A stretch of DNA of 64,000 nucleotides from Terriglobia bacterium. GTDB lineage: Bacteria; Acidobacteriota; Terriglobia; 2-12-FULL-54-10. Made by a program: the position numbers and the translations under genes. Positions within the stretch are counted from its first letter, which is position 1. Every line of letters starts with the position of its first letter. The notes under the pieces were generated by a model that had not been told where the DNA came from, made no database searches, and saw only the letters and a list, made by a program, of their open reading frames with translations. The stretch is from NCBI GenBank assembly GCA_963666975.2, contig CAXVYR010000003.1, positions 1,088,001-1,152,000 of the forward strand, in the 5' to 3' direction. Of this stretch, positions 1-8,514 are shown piece by piece.

Positions 1-206
1 AACAAGGCGACCACCAGGTTATTTACGCTCAGTAGGAGCAGGCGGGTCTGCGGCAGCAAGAAGACCACCGCCCCCAAAGTCAGCATCAACAGCCCGGAGC
101 CGAAAACCGTCCGCCAAGGCACAGGCCGCCGAAAGCCTCCCACTGCCCAAGCTAAACTTCCCAACGCAGCCAGTCCCAACAGAGAGATCAGATTCAGCAC
201 GCTCAT
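1..206 (-). CDS. NupC/CNT-family nucleoside transporter, N-terminus (partial, runs off window)
   Basis: Manual translation MSVLNLISLLGLAALGSLAWAVGGFRRPVPWRTVFGSGLLMLTLGAVVF resembles the CNT N-terminal pattern (LISLLG..LAW....R..WRTV). Confidence 0.65.
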   Translation of the reverse strand, partial: MSVLNLISLLGLAALGSLAWAVGGFRRPVPWRTVFGSGLLMLTLGAVVFLLPQTRLLLLSVNNLVVAL

Positions 207-283
207 GACTTTATGAATCCATATTGAAAACGGGTAAAAATTTGAAAAGACCTCGCCTATTTATCAAGATCGCACCCAGTCAC

Positions 284-345
284 TGAACATACCGATTTTG
301 CACCACCGGCAATGCGAGTCTACATCACAGCCTGGGAGAGTGGAA
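284..345 (+). repeat. Degenerate copy of the TGACCAGACCGA element end
   Basis: TGAACATACCGATTTTGCACCA...ATCACAGCCTGGG aligns by eye with the copies at 8514, 53976, 61447 and 62741. Confidence 0.55.
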
Positions 346-470
346 ATGAGTTTGGTTGAGAGGAATGGCGCAGGCCGCCGGTGCAGGGATTGCGACGTGG
401 TTTGATACTGTGATGCATGAGTCCCCTGCGATGGATCGCAGAAAGCTATCCGCGCTGCTTGGCGTGCTTA

Positions 471-896
471 CTAGAAAATCTCCGGGAGATAATAAACCAG
501 CACGCTGTTCAACCGCATATCCGACACGACGATTTCCTTGTGTTTGGGATCGATGGCAACCCCGCGCGGCTTCTTCATCGTGCTCTGCGGCCCGTTATCG
601 TTGTTATCGTTGATGCTCCAAACGCCGATGAAGGTGTCCTCCGGCTCCATCACATCTCCATCGCCAGCCTGGGACACCACGATCCAGCCTTTCGGCGGAT
701 GGATCTGAACCTGGAGAGCCCTCACGAGACCGGTGTTGGGAGACGTGATCACCGCCTTTGGCTTGGCGTTCCCCTCGGCGGCGCGGTCGAAGATCACTAA
801 AGACCCCATGGGAGTGCCCTCGCCGCGATATTGCGTCCCTGCAAGGTGGCCAAAATGGAGGCCCGAGCTGAGGCCATCCGAGTCATGCATGCACAA
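471..896 (-). pseudogene. C-terminal fragment of an NHL/beta-propeller repeat protein
   Basis: PRGVAIDPKHKEIVVSD is an NHL-like blade; too short for a full propeller and no signal peptide. Confidence 0.5.
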
Positions 897-1011
897 CAGA
901 AAAAACCGGAGGAATGGAATTAGAAACTGGTAAATGCCCGGAGAGCGTTCTCCCCTGAGTTACCCCCCTACACATAACCATCAGAGATTACACGAAGTGA
1001 AACAATAATTC

Positions 1012-2100
1012 GTGGGTGTAAAAACTCAAGACTGGCCCGAACGGAGTCCGCAAGCAAGCGCTCAGCGAATGCGAACGGTTCCACCCGAAATGCAGGTGAA
1101 CCTTAGTATTCATTTTGGATTACACTTTGGATTACACTTTGCGGCATCGCCGCCGCGCGGAAAGCATCCGCGAGAAAACAGATACTCGCTGCGCCGCGCG
1201 AACCTGAGGAAACGGAGGAACTCGCTCATTTCAGGAAGACATTTTCTTTTTACCGTGCTGATGCTGTTACTTCTGATCGTTCCTATCCCGGTCAAAGCGC
1301 AAGACAAGCAATCGGAGGATTTATCGGGGGAGAGTGCGAACAGCCAGCACCGCACGATAAAAGTTTTGCCGCGCCACATCCTTCGCGATCAAGAATTCCT
1401 ATGGCTCCGTCCGTTTCGGCTGAAACGCGCTGATCTTCCCTGGGCAGCGGCCATCTTAGGCACTACTGCCGGATTGATCGCCAATGACAGGCGGGCGGGC
1501 CAGGAGCTTTCCGACGATCCTCCCGGCGGGGGTTTTACTTTCAGCCGTCGCGGCGGGCAGGTCAGCGGCGGGCTGACCGATCTCGGAATTGCGGGCGCCT
1601 TCTACCTGGCAGGCCGATGGCGGGGCGACGAGCACGCCCGCAACACCGGCCTGCTCGGCTTACAAGCTGTGGCCGATAGCATAATCATCATCGAAATCCT
1701 AAAGACTGCCAGCCAGCGCCCGCGGCCCACGCAAACGGGCGGCAGGCTGCGCAATCACAATGCCGACGGTGAATTCTTTGCAGGCGGACGCTCTTTTCCT
1801 TCCGGCCATTCTGCCGAGGCCTGAGCTTTGGCTACGGTTGTAGCCGGGCGATACCGTCACCGGCGCTGGGTGTCTCCCACCGCCTACGGTTTGGCGGGAC
1901 TCACGGCGGCGCTTCGGGTCACCGGGAGAAAACACTTCCCGGGAGACGTCTTCGTTGGCAGCGTGCTCGGCTACCTCATCGGCCGCCACGTCTTGCACAC
2001 CGCCTCCAGCAGCCCCTCCGGCAGGTCGCGCCGATTGCATCTGTTACCTTACACCCCCCGCGCCGGCGGCACTGCACTCAGTGTTGCCTGGATATTCTGA
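1012..2100 (+). pseudogene. PAP2-superfamily phosphatase interrupted by an in-frame TGA at 1822-1824 (true start probably downstream of 1012)
   Basis: K..SQRPRP, FPSGH and R....H.PGDV motifs lie in one frame across ORFs 1012..1824 and 1828..2100. Confidence 0.8.
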
Positions 2101-2337
2101 TTACATCCGCTATCGGCAACCCGTCGCTTTTGCCACCCCACACAACTAAAATAGGGAACATTGCAATAGACAAACGATCCGGCGGGGAACACCGGCGTTC
2201 ACGCTGGACGATCAACCTTGCCCGGCTTGTGCGCCCATTTCACAACGTGCGCAGAGAAAGGCGACCAGCTTCCCCGTGACTGGAGAGCAAACCGTCATTT
2301 CTTAGTGAATGCGAGGTAGAGGTGATTCCAGGCCGGA

Positions 2338-2721
2338 TCACCAATGCCATACCTGATCGTACTGGGAGAACAGGCCCGCCAAGTCGCCATTGCTAACGAG
2401 TTCGAAATCCCCGACCAAGCTTTTGAGAGGTATTCCCCGCTCCTCCACATCTTCCCGGACCACACGGACAGGAATTCCCGCTTCCTGCATCTTGAGCAGG
2501 TCCTTCTGCGGGTAGGCAGGATGTTCGATGGGGAATTTTCCGATGACCACGCCGGAGGGGTCCTGGGCGGACACGGCATAGTTTACGGCGTTCCCCCGCA
2601 ACAGCACGCCCATCTCGCCTCCCGCCTTCTTCAGGGCGTGGGTCACCCAGAGTGTAGCGTCATCGTGCTCTTCCTGCGTGCCCCGGTAAGGGGTCTCTAC
2701 TATGCAAAGAATTTTTGCCAC
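2338..2721 (-). CDS. DsrE/DsrF-like family protein
   Basis: IVETPY, LLRGNAVNY, VREDVEERG and C-terminal DQVWHW are typical of the DsrEFH fold. Confidence 0.75.
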   Translation of the reverse strand: MAKILCIVETPYRGTQEEHDDATLWVTHALKKAGGEMGVLLRGNAVNYAVSAQDPSGVVIGKFPIEHPAYPQKDLLKMQEAGIPVRVVREDVEERGIPLKSLVGDFELVSNGDLAGLFSQYDQVWHW

Positions 2722-2787
2722 AGCACCAGCCTCCTTGTTGCTTCATTACTTTGTCTGGGTTACTTTATTGAGGTCGCTTTGTCGGGG

Positions 2788-3195
2788 TTACTTTGTCGGG
2801 ACCACCAGAGTGGCGTCGGATTCTTCCACCCACTTGTATAAGTCCGGGGGGCCGCCGCGCCGCGGGCCGTCAATCCAGTTCCCCGCTCCGCGCTCGTCCA
2901 CGCACAGGCCGCAGTTCACCCAGTCCAGCTTTACCCCTTTTTCCTTTGCCAGCTCGAACAGGCCCGCCACCAGGTCCTTGGTCAGTGGGTGCTTTTCCTC
3001 CTCCACCGAGGTTCCGTGGACCGGGTTGGGGTGGGGTTTCTGGTCCTTGACGGTCAGGCTGACGGCGCCCTCAAAGGCGAACACGTTTACGTTCATTCCC
3101 TTTCGGATGGCCGTGTCGATAATCCGCATTGAGGTCGTAGAGTTCGCGGATTCGTATGGAGGATCCATAATAGAGATTGTGAGCGTTTTTGCCAT
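2788..3195 (-). CDS. DsrE-like sulfur-relay protein with CxxC
   Basis: MDPPY, FAFEGAV and NCGLCVDERG motifs. Confidence 0.8.
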   Translation of the reverse strand: MAKTLTISIMDPPYESANSTTSMRIIDTAIRKGMNVNVFAFEGAVSLTVKDQKPHPNPVHGTSVEEEKHPLTKDLVAGLFELAKEKGVKLDWVNCGLCVDERGAGNWIDGPRRGGPPDLYKWVEESDATLVVPTK

Positions 3196-3209
3196 GAGCT
3201 AATCCTCTC

Positions 3210-3542
3210 TTAGTGCCAGAGAACTTTCGTTCCTTTTTGTTCCATGATTTTGTCCAGCAGGTCGCCAATGTCAGCGGGCTTCACCGCCGAGTGCCGCTCG
3301 GCGTCCCCGATGCCTCGCTCCTTGAGCGAGAAGGAATCCACCAAGACTTGCGCCTTGCTCTTCAACAGGGCTCCCATCGGGTTTCCCTTGGCGTCTTTTC
3401 TGGAGGCCAGAGCCCCGTTCTGGACGAGGAAAACGGTCACCTGATCGCCGTTCCCGGCGAGGTCCGCCGCGACATTATAGAAGTAGGAAACGTCCCGGGA
3501 CTCGAAAGGGTCCCGCGACTCCACCATTACATACTGAGCCAT
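3210..3542 (-). CDS. DsrH/DsrE-like protein
   Basis: Start MAQYVMVESRDPFE after a GGAG RBS; FLVQNGAL and DSFSLKERGI motifs. Confidence 0.7.
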   Translation of the reverse strand: MAQYVMVESRDPFESRDVSYFYNVAADLAGNGDQVTVFLVQNGALASRKDAKGNPMGALLKSKAQVLVDSFSLKERGIGDAERHSAVKPADIGDLLDKIMEQKGTKVLWH

Positions 3543-3764
3543 CTCAGCTCCTTGTCTCACCCCCAAGCGCAGGAAACTGATCCCTCCAGACAATGCTGCC
3601 TGGGAGAAAACCCTGCCCCGAAGGTCTGCGATTCTAAATTTGAGATCCACGCCTCTGCAAGCGCAATGCGGGGAAGGCTACACGCAAGGCAGGCAGGTTG
3701 TCAAGCATGACTGCTGCAAGCAAATTGTGCCGAGCAACATAAAAAATTATGAAGAAATGCGGAG

Positions 3765-3780
3765 AGATCAACGTTGATCT
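3765..3780. promoter_or_regulatory. Perfect 16-bp palindrome, candidate operator
   Basis: AGATCAACGTTGATCT in the AT-rich divergent intergenic region upstream of the DsrE triad. Confidence 0.35.
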
Positions 3781-3949
3781 TGCTGAAATATAAAAAGGAG
3801 AATAGGGGCGAGGGGGTGGTTATGCAGGGATTTCTGTAGTCAGGATCAAGAGTTGTGCCGCCAATTTTGTGTTACCCTGACTCCCGGCAATTGGCGAACG
3901 ACCATCGGCGGACGTCTGTATCAAAACAACAAAGAGAGGGAGAAGCGAT

Positions 3950-4195
3950 ATGAGCACCGATCTCAGCGCCGATCTCAGCAAGGTGCAATACGTTTTTGGC
4001 GCGATCGCGCTGTCTCTGCTGGGCTCGTACTTATTGCTTGCGCAAAACTCCTCTATGAGCTTCTTCGTCACCAGCACGGGCCACGGCAATGGAGCCGATC
4101 TGGGTGGCTTGACCGGAGCCGATAGGCAATGCCAGACGCTGGTCGCAGCGGCAGGGGGCGGCGATGGCTTGCTCTACTGCTTCGCCATCAATTAA
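3950..4195 (+). pseudogene. Internally deleted secreted lectin-like protein (DLGGLxGAD family)
   Basis: Family N-terminal motif SFFVTS..G.GADLGGL.GAD.QCQ is joined directly to the family C-terminal motif GGDGLLYCFA. Confidence 0.6.
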
Positions 4196-4311
4196 GACGG
4201 CGCTCTGTTCAACTAGCGAATGCAGATAGGCACTGACTCCCCGCTCTAGTGCTTCACCCGCCGATGGCCGCCGCGCAGTGCCCTTGCCGCCAAACATGGC
4301 AACGCAACTCC

Positions 4312-5304
4312 TTAAATCTTGAACGACTCCAGCGATTCGGGAGCAAAGAGTTCTTGCGGCGTCAGTTGCCACTTGGAGAGACCTTGCTCAAACGAGTAGC
4401 GAAGGAAGGTGCTCAAGGCATGCACGTTCCGCTTAAATCCGTAGGGCCAGAAGTCTTCCCCCATCGTGCGCCTTGTATCTTCCACATGGCGGATCAGCCA
4501 CGGGAGCATGATTTTCAGCGCTGCCGCCTCATACAGCTCTTGATAAGCTGCGCGTTGTGCAGCATCGAAGGCTTTATACAGGGATTGCGCAACCCAAGGG
4601 TGCTTGTCGCAGACTTCGCGGCGAATCACCACCGTGTGCATGATGGGAAATATCTTGGTCTTGAAATAGTAAGCCTGCTCCACGGTTTGGTAATCCTCAA
4701 ACAGCCGCCGCACACTGCCCGAGCCATGCACGAACGCGGACGGCATTCGGGGCGCATACAGAGCGTCGATCTCGCCCGCATCCAGCATCTGTGAAAGCGT
4801 TTTCGTTGGAGGAATTGCCTCGATCCGAATTTCTGGCGGCAAGGAGAGGGCGAGTTTCTCCGGCCGCCCCGGTTCTTCCTCGCCGCCGGTAAAGTACGTT
4901 GTCCCGGTGACGGGCACATTGTACTCGTCGCTCAGGATCCCGCGAATCCACACCCCGGCTGTTAATTGGTATTCCGGGGTTCCCACGCGCTTCCCCACCA
5001 GGTCCGCCGGCTCGCGGATTCCGCTGTCGCGATGGATGTAGATGGAGGAATGACGGAATAACCGCGACGGAAAAACAGGAATGGCAATGAACGGAGGGTT
5101 TTCCATGAACAGAGACATCACGTACGATGACAAAGACATCTCGGCCACGTCGAACTCCTGGTGTCGCAGCATGCGGAAGAACGTTTCTTCGACGGGAAGG
5201 TTCAAACACGTCAGTTCAATTCCATCCACCGGTATATGATTTTCCAGAAGCGCGCGAGTGCGGTCGTATTTCCAGCACGCCACCGATAGCCGAAGTTTAG
5301 CCAT
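4312..5304 (-). CDS. 4,5-dihydroxyphthalate decarboxylase-like / substrate-binding-fold protein
   Basis: YDRTRAL, EFDVAEMSLSSY, PVFPSRLFRHS, IFPIMH and DFWPYG motifs. Confidence 0.8.
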   Translation of the reverse strand: MAKLRLSVACWKYDRTRALLENHIPVDGIELTCLNLPVEETFFRMLRHQEFDVAEMSLSSYVMSLFMENPPFIAIPVFPSRLFRHSSIYIHRDSGIREPADLVGKRVGTPEYQLTAGVWIRGILSDEYNVPVTGTTYFTGGEEEPGRPEKLALSLPPEIRIEAIPPTKTLSQMLDAGEIDALYAPRMPSAFVHGSGSVRRLFEDYQTVEQAYYFKTKIFPIMHTVVIRREVCDKHPWVAQSLYKAFDAAQRAAYQELYEAAALKIMLPWLIRHVEDTRRTMGEDFWPYGFKRNVHALSTFLRYSFEQGLSKWQLTPQELFAPESLESFKI

Positions 5305-5654
5305 TCCTGATTCCTCCTGGCGAAGCGCAACAAGGCGGGACTTCACTGCCCCTTCGACTGCGCCTGTTTGCAAGGCTACAGACTGAAGTCCGACATTATA
5401 CTGAAATCCCCACATGATACTGAAACCGCCGGCGTGTCCGTGTTCAGCATCTTGGGGAGCAAAAGAACTATTCTATGCTGGAAAAGAGTTTCTCACTGCC
5501 GGCAAAGCTGAGCCTTTTGCTTTTGGCTGGGGACAATCTCGAAGATATACTTGCGGCAAACAACCAAAAGAATCGGCTCACTCAATCCGGATTTTTTGCT
5601 TGATTGCTGTGCTGTATATCTGCCGTTTGGGAGCGGGAGTGTTAGAATAGGTGC

Positions 5655-5936
5655 ATGCAACCGAAGGATGCAGCTTTCCCAAAAGTGGGCGCTGGATTTC
5701 ATGCTGACATAAAAACCCCCGAGAGCGCCTTCCGGCTCTTTGCACATGTCACTTCAGAAGGCTGGAAAGCAGAGGTCTACGACATGGACGCTCATCGGTG
5801 GTTCACAAGCGAATGGGCCGATGATGCAGCAGACGCAAAGCGAAAAGCGCAAAAGCTGGCCCGGCACCTTCTGCCTGGCGAATATCAGGTTGTATGGAAA
5901 CTCAATCCGAAACCAAAGGAAGCTGGCAAGCCCTGA
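5655..5936 (+). CDS. Hypothetical protein
   Basis: 93-aa ORF with ATG after AGG; no recognised motif. Confidence 0.45.
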   Translation: MQPKDAAFPKVGAGFHADIKTPESAFRLFAHVTSEGWKAEVYDMDAHRWFTSEWADDAADAKRKAQKLARHLLPGEYQVVWKLNPKPKEAGKP

Positions 5937-6048
5937 CCGGGTGTGCAACAAACGGGGATAACAATTCCTTAGCCACTCTTCCTCATTTGCCCCAAGTGTC
6001 AGATTCAATAATGGCTAGCCTGGCAGCCTCTCAGAACTCCAAGGGCAA

Positions 6049-6888
6049 TCACTCAGACTCAGTCCTTCTCAGCAACTCTAAAAGATTCTGGCATTGCAGT
6101 TGTATATTTCGGACAATTTCAAGCAACGGCGGGTTGGACTGGACGCTCATCGCCAGCAAGTCGGTAGAAACAAGCATTAAAGTTGTCGGAGCGACCGTCC
6201 GCCAATATCGCTCTTGCTGGCCGTTTGCCGAAGCGGCTGCGGCCGGAGATGGCAGGCCAGATGGAGAGCCCCCTGATTCCGCTCCTGCCCGAAGCCCCTC
6301 TTGCGTCGCTGTCAATTCCTCCTCCAGCTTCCGTATCCGTTCCTCTACCTCGCCCACCTGAGTTCTGCTTTCATCCCGTTCCGCCGCCATTTGTCGAATG
6401 GTTTTAACCGCGGTTTCTCTTTGCTGGCGGAACTGATCTTGGGCGGCACCCATTTGCCCTTCCAGTTGCCGCATATGCTCCTCTACTTCGTTCATCTCTC
6501 TCCGGGATTCATCCCGTTTGGTCTCCATCTGCTGGATCAAGCTCTCCGCCGCCTTCCGCTGCTCCTCAAGCTTCCCATCTGCAGCGCCTAGTTCTTGCTC
6601 CAGTTTTTGCATGCGAGCCTCAGTTCCGTCCAATTGGCCCCGGCTCTCATCCCGTTCCGCAGCGATTTGTTGTATCAGCCGCTCCGCCCCTTCCTTCTGT
6701 TCGGCCAGTTGCTGCTGGGCTTTTTCGAGCTGCTTCTCCAGCTCCCGCGAGCGACTTTCTTCCTTCTCATTCCTCTGGCTTGCCAGATGTTGAGTCAGCG
6801 TTTCTGCAGCCTCTCTCTCTTCCTGGAGTCGCCGCTCAATATCGTTCATCCTCTGATGGAACCTTTGTGTGCCTGTTTCTTTGTCCAT
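6049..6888 (-). CDS. Coiled-coil protein with 46-aa repeats
   Basis: E/Q/R-rich; RDESR recurs with a 46-residue period. Confidence 0.7.
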   Translation of the reverse strand: MDKETGTQRFHQRMNDIERRLQEEREAAETLTQHLASQRNEKEESRSRELEKQLEKAQQQLAEQKEGAERLIQQIAAERDESRGQLDGTEARMQKLEQELGAADGKLEEQRKAAESLIQQMETKRDESRREMNEVEEHMRQLEGQMGAAQDQFRQQRETAVKTIRQMAAERDESRTQVGEVEERIRKLEEELTATQEGLRAGAESGGSPSGLPSPAAAASANGQQERYWRTVAPTTLMLVSTDLLAMSVQSNPPLLEIVRNIQLQCQNLLELLRRTESE

Positions 6889-7359
6889 GGGATTCTTGTA
6901 CCTGCCTTACTCCATTCTCAGCTGTACGTACGCTATCACCTACATCCCGGAAGTATTCTGTAATGCCTCATAGCCCGTGCTGCGACTTCCATTTTCCTCT
7001 TTGCGTCGAATGACAACAGCACTGTCTATTAAGATTCTGTATCCATACTGAAGCTGACCTTCACGAGGGGCTCGATAACAGAAGCGATTGCCCACGCTTT
7101 GCTCCTGGTTTGCAGCGCTTCGGTAATTTTAGGCCTCCCCTCCGAGGCAAGTCAACATCGGAGGCCGATTTGCCAAGATGCGGTGGCAACGCTGTTGGAT
7201 TGCTCTCTCGGCAAGCTTGCCCTTCCGCTTATTAAATGTTTTGCCTTCTAGTGTAAGATAAACAACAGGAAGCCGGTCCAGGGCTGAAAGTTAAACTCTC
7301 TTACTTTAGTAAGCAGCCCCATTCAACGGCCTGGCAGCACTTTTCCCCAGCCGGGGGCA

Positions 7360-7878
7360 TTGGACAATACCGACCTGGATATTGAACGGCTAGATATTTT
7401 TCAAATAGACAAGATGATTGAGCGAATCAACCGGGCGCGACAGAAGCTCATGGAATCGGTCGAGCCTGCAGAAGCCCGTCTGGAAAGCGTGCGCAATGCT
7501 TTGCGGCGTTCTCAATACCGGCAGGCAGTGCAGGAAGGAGTCGGGATTTCTCAGGACGATCTGGATGCAAACCAACTTCGCGAGCTGACCGACTCTATGT
7601 GGATGGCAAGAGCGGGAATCGGTGATAATTCCCCGGAGGAGTGTCCGTTCTATGACGTAATAGTCGAAGCCGGCGACAGGCTCGCACGGCTAGGAGTGGA
7701 CGAATATGCTTTCAAAAGCGAGTGGCCGAAGCGCTGTTCCGCAAAGGTGTCCGGCTTGGCCGGAATGAGGAAGCCATCCACGTCTACGACGCCGTTGTGG
7801 AGCGTTTTGGCGCAGCAGATGAACCGGCATTACGGGAGCAAGCAGCCCGTGCGAATTGCGCTTGACACGACAGGGTAG
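7360..7878 (+). CDS. Hypothetical protein; 3' part overlaps an out-of-frame TPR remnant and an IS end
   Basis: 172-aa ORF; alternative frame 7719-7865 reads RVAEALFRKGVRLGRNEEAIHVYDAVVERFGAADEPALREQAARA. Confidence 0.45.
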   Translation: MDNTDLDIERLDIFQIDKMIERINRARQKLMESVEPAEARLESVRNALRRSQYRQAVQEGVGISQDDLDANQLRELTDSMWMARAGIGDNSPEECPFYDVIVEAGDRLARLGVDEYAFKSEWPKRCSAKVSGLAGMRKPSTSTTPLWSVLAQQMNRHYGSKQPVRIALDTTG

Positions 7879-7925
7879 GAGACATAGGTTGAAGGATCAG
7901 AAGAAGCTCAAAATGGGTATTCCGG
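7851..7925 (+). mobile_element. Isolated IS1380-type right end with outward promoter
   Basis: Near-identical to the reverse complement of 11028-11100; TTGACA(7862)-17 bp-TAGGTT(7885); ends AAAATGGGTATTCCGG. Confidence 0.75.
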
Positions 7926-7984
7926 AAAATTTGTGCGACCAGGAGTTCAAAGAAGCAAGAATTCTAGAGTAAAAGGAGTTCAAC

Positions 7985-8401
7985 ATGCGTTTTCTGCTAA
8001 TGAGCATTTTGGCTGTGCTGTGCACGAACATCGCCAGGGCCGCAACGGACGTGGAGTTAGTAGACTGCCGATTCACCCCGGAGGTGAAGCGGGAGCTTCA
8101 ACTCACCTCAGAGCAGCAACCCCAAGTGGAGAAAATGATTGCCGAACTGGACCCGCTGACAAGCAAGACAATGGCGAGCCGCGTAACGAGAGACAACCTC
8201 CGAAAGGCCAATGCTCCAACGCAGGAAATCGAGGCGGCACAGAAGGAGCTGGTTGCGCTTGAACGGCAGTGCGGCGAACGCTCGCACAAACTACTGAAGC
8301 CGATCCTAACTGAAGCGCAGTTTGAGAAGATTCTGGAGATGGAAGCGGTACACGGTCACGGAATCTCTGGTCAGCACGGGGCGGAGCACTCAGGCAATTA
8401 G
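7985..8401 (+). CDS. Secreted helical protein, Spy/CpxP-like
   Basis: Signal peptide, LQLTSEQQ and ILTEAQFEK motifs, AAGGAG RBS, His-rich tail. Confidence 0.6.
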   Translation: MRFLLMSILAVLCTNIARAATDVELVDCRFTPEVKRELQLTSEQQPQVEKMIAELDPLTSKTMASRVTRDNLRKANAPTQEIEAAQKELVALERQCGERSHKLLKPILTEAQFEKILEMEAVHGHGISGQHGAEHSGN

Positions 8402-8436
8402 CTTGCGACTCAAAATTAGCCGCGCTTCTGCCATAT

Positions 8437-8514
8437 TGACCAGACCGAGCTTTTGTACCAATTCTTGTGATGTAACTCTCTCAGTTACGCTGGTACAAAA
8501 TATCGGTCTGGTCA
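8437..8514. mobile_element. 78-bp miniature inverted-repeat element (TG...CA)
   Basis: TGACCAGACCGAGCTTTTGTACCA ... TGGTACAAAATATCGGTCTGGTCA, 24-bp imperfect inverted repeats. Confidence 0.75.

Noticed and set aside
1822-1824. Genome-wide UGA reassignment
   Set aside because: Many intact genes end normally at TGA and Trp is encoded by TGG elsewhere; only one such case was seen
8437-8514. Integron attC site
   Set aside because: No RYYYAAC/GTTRRRY core, no integron integrase, mixed orientations; TG..CA ends fit a DDE-type element better
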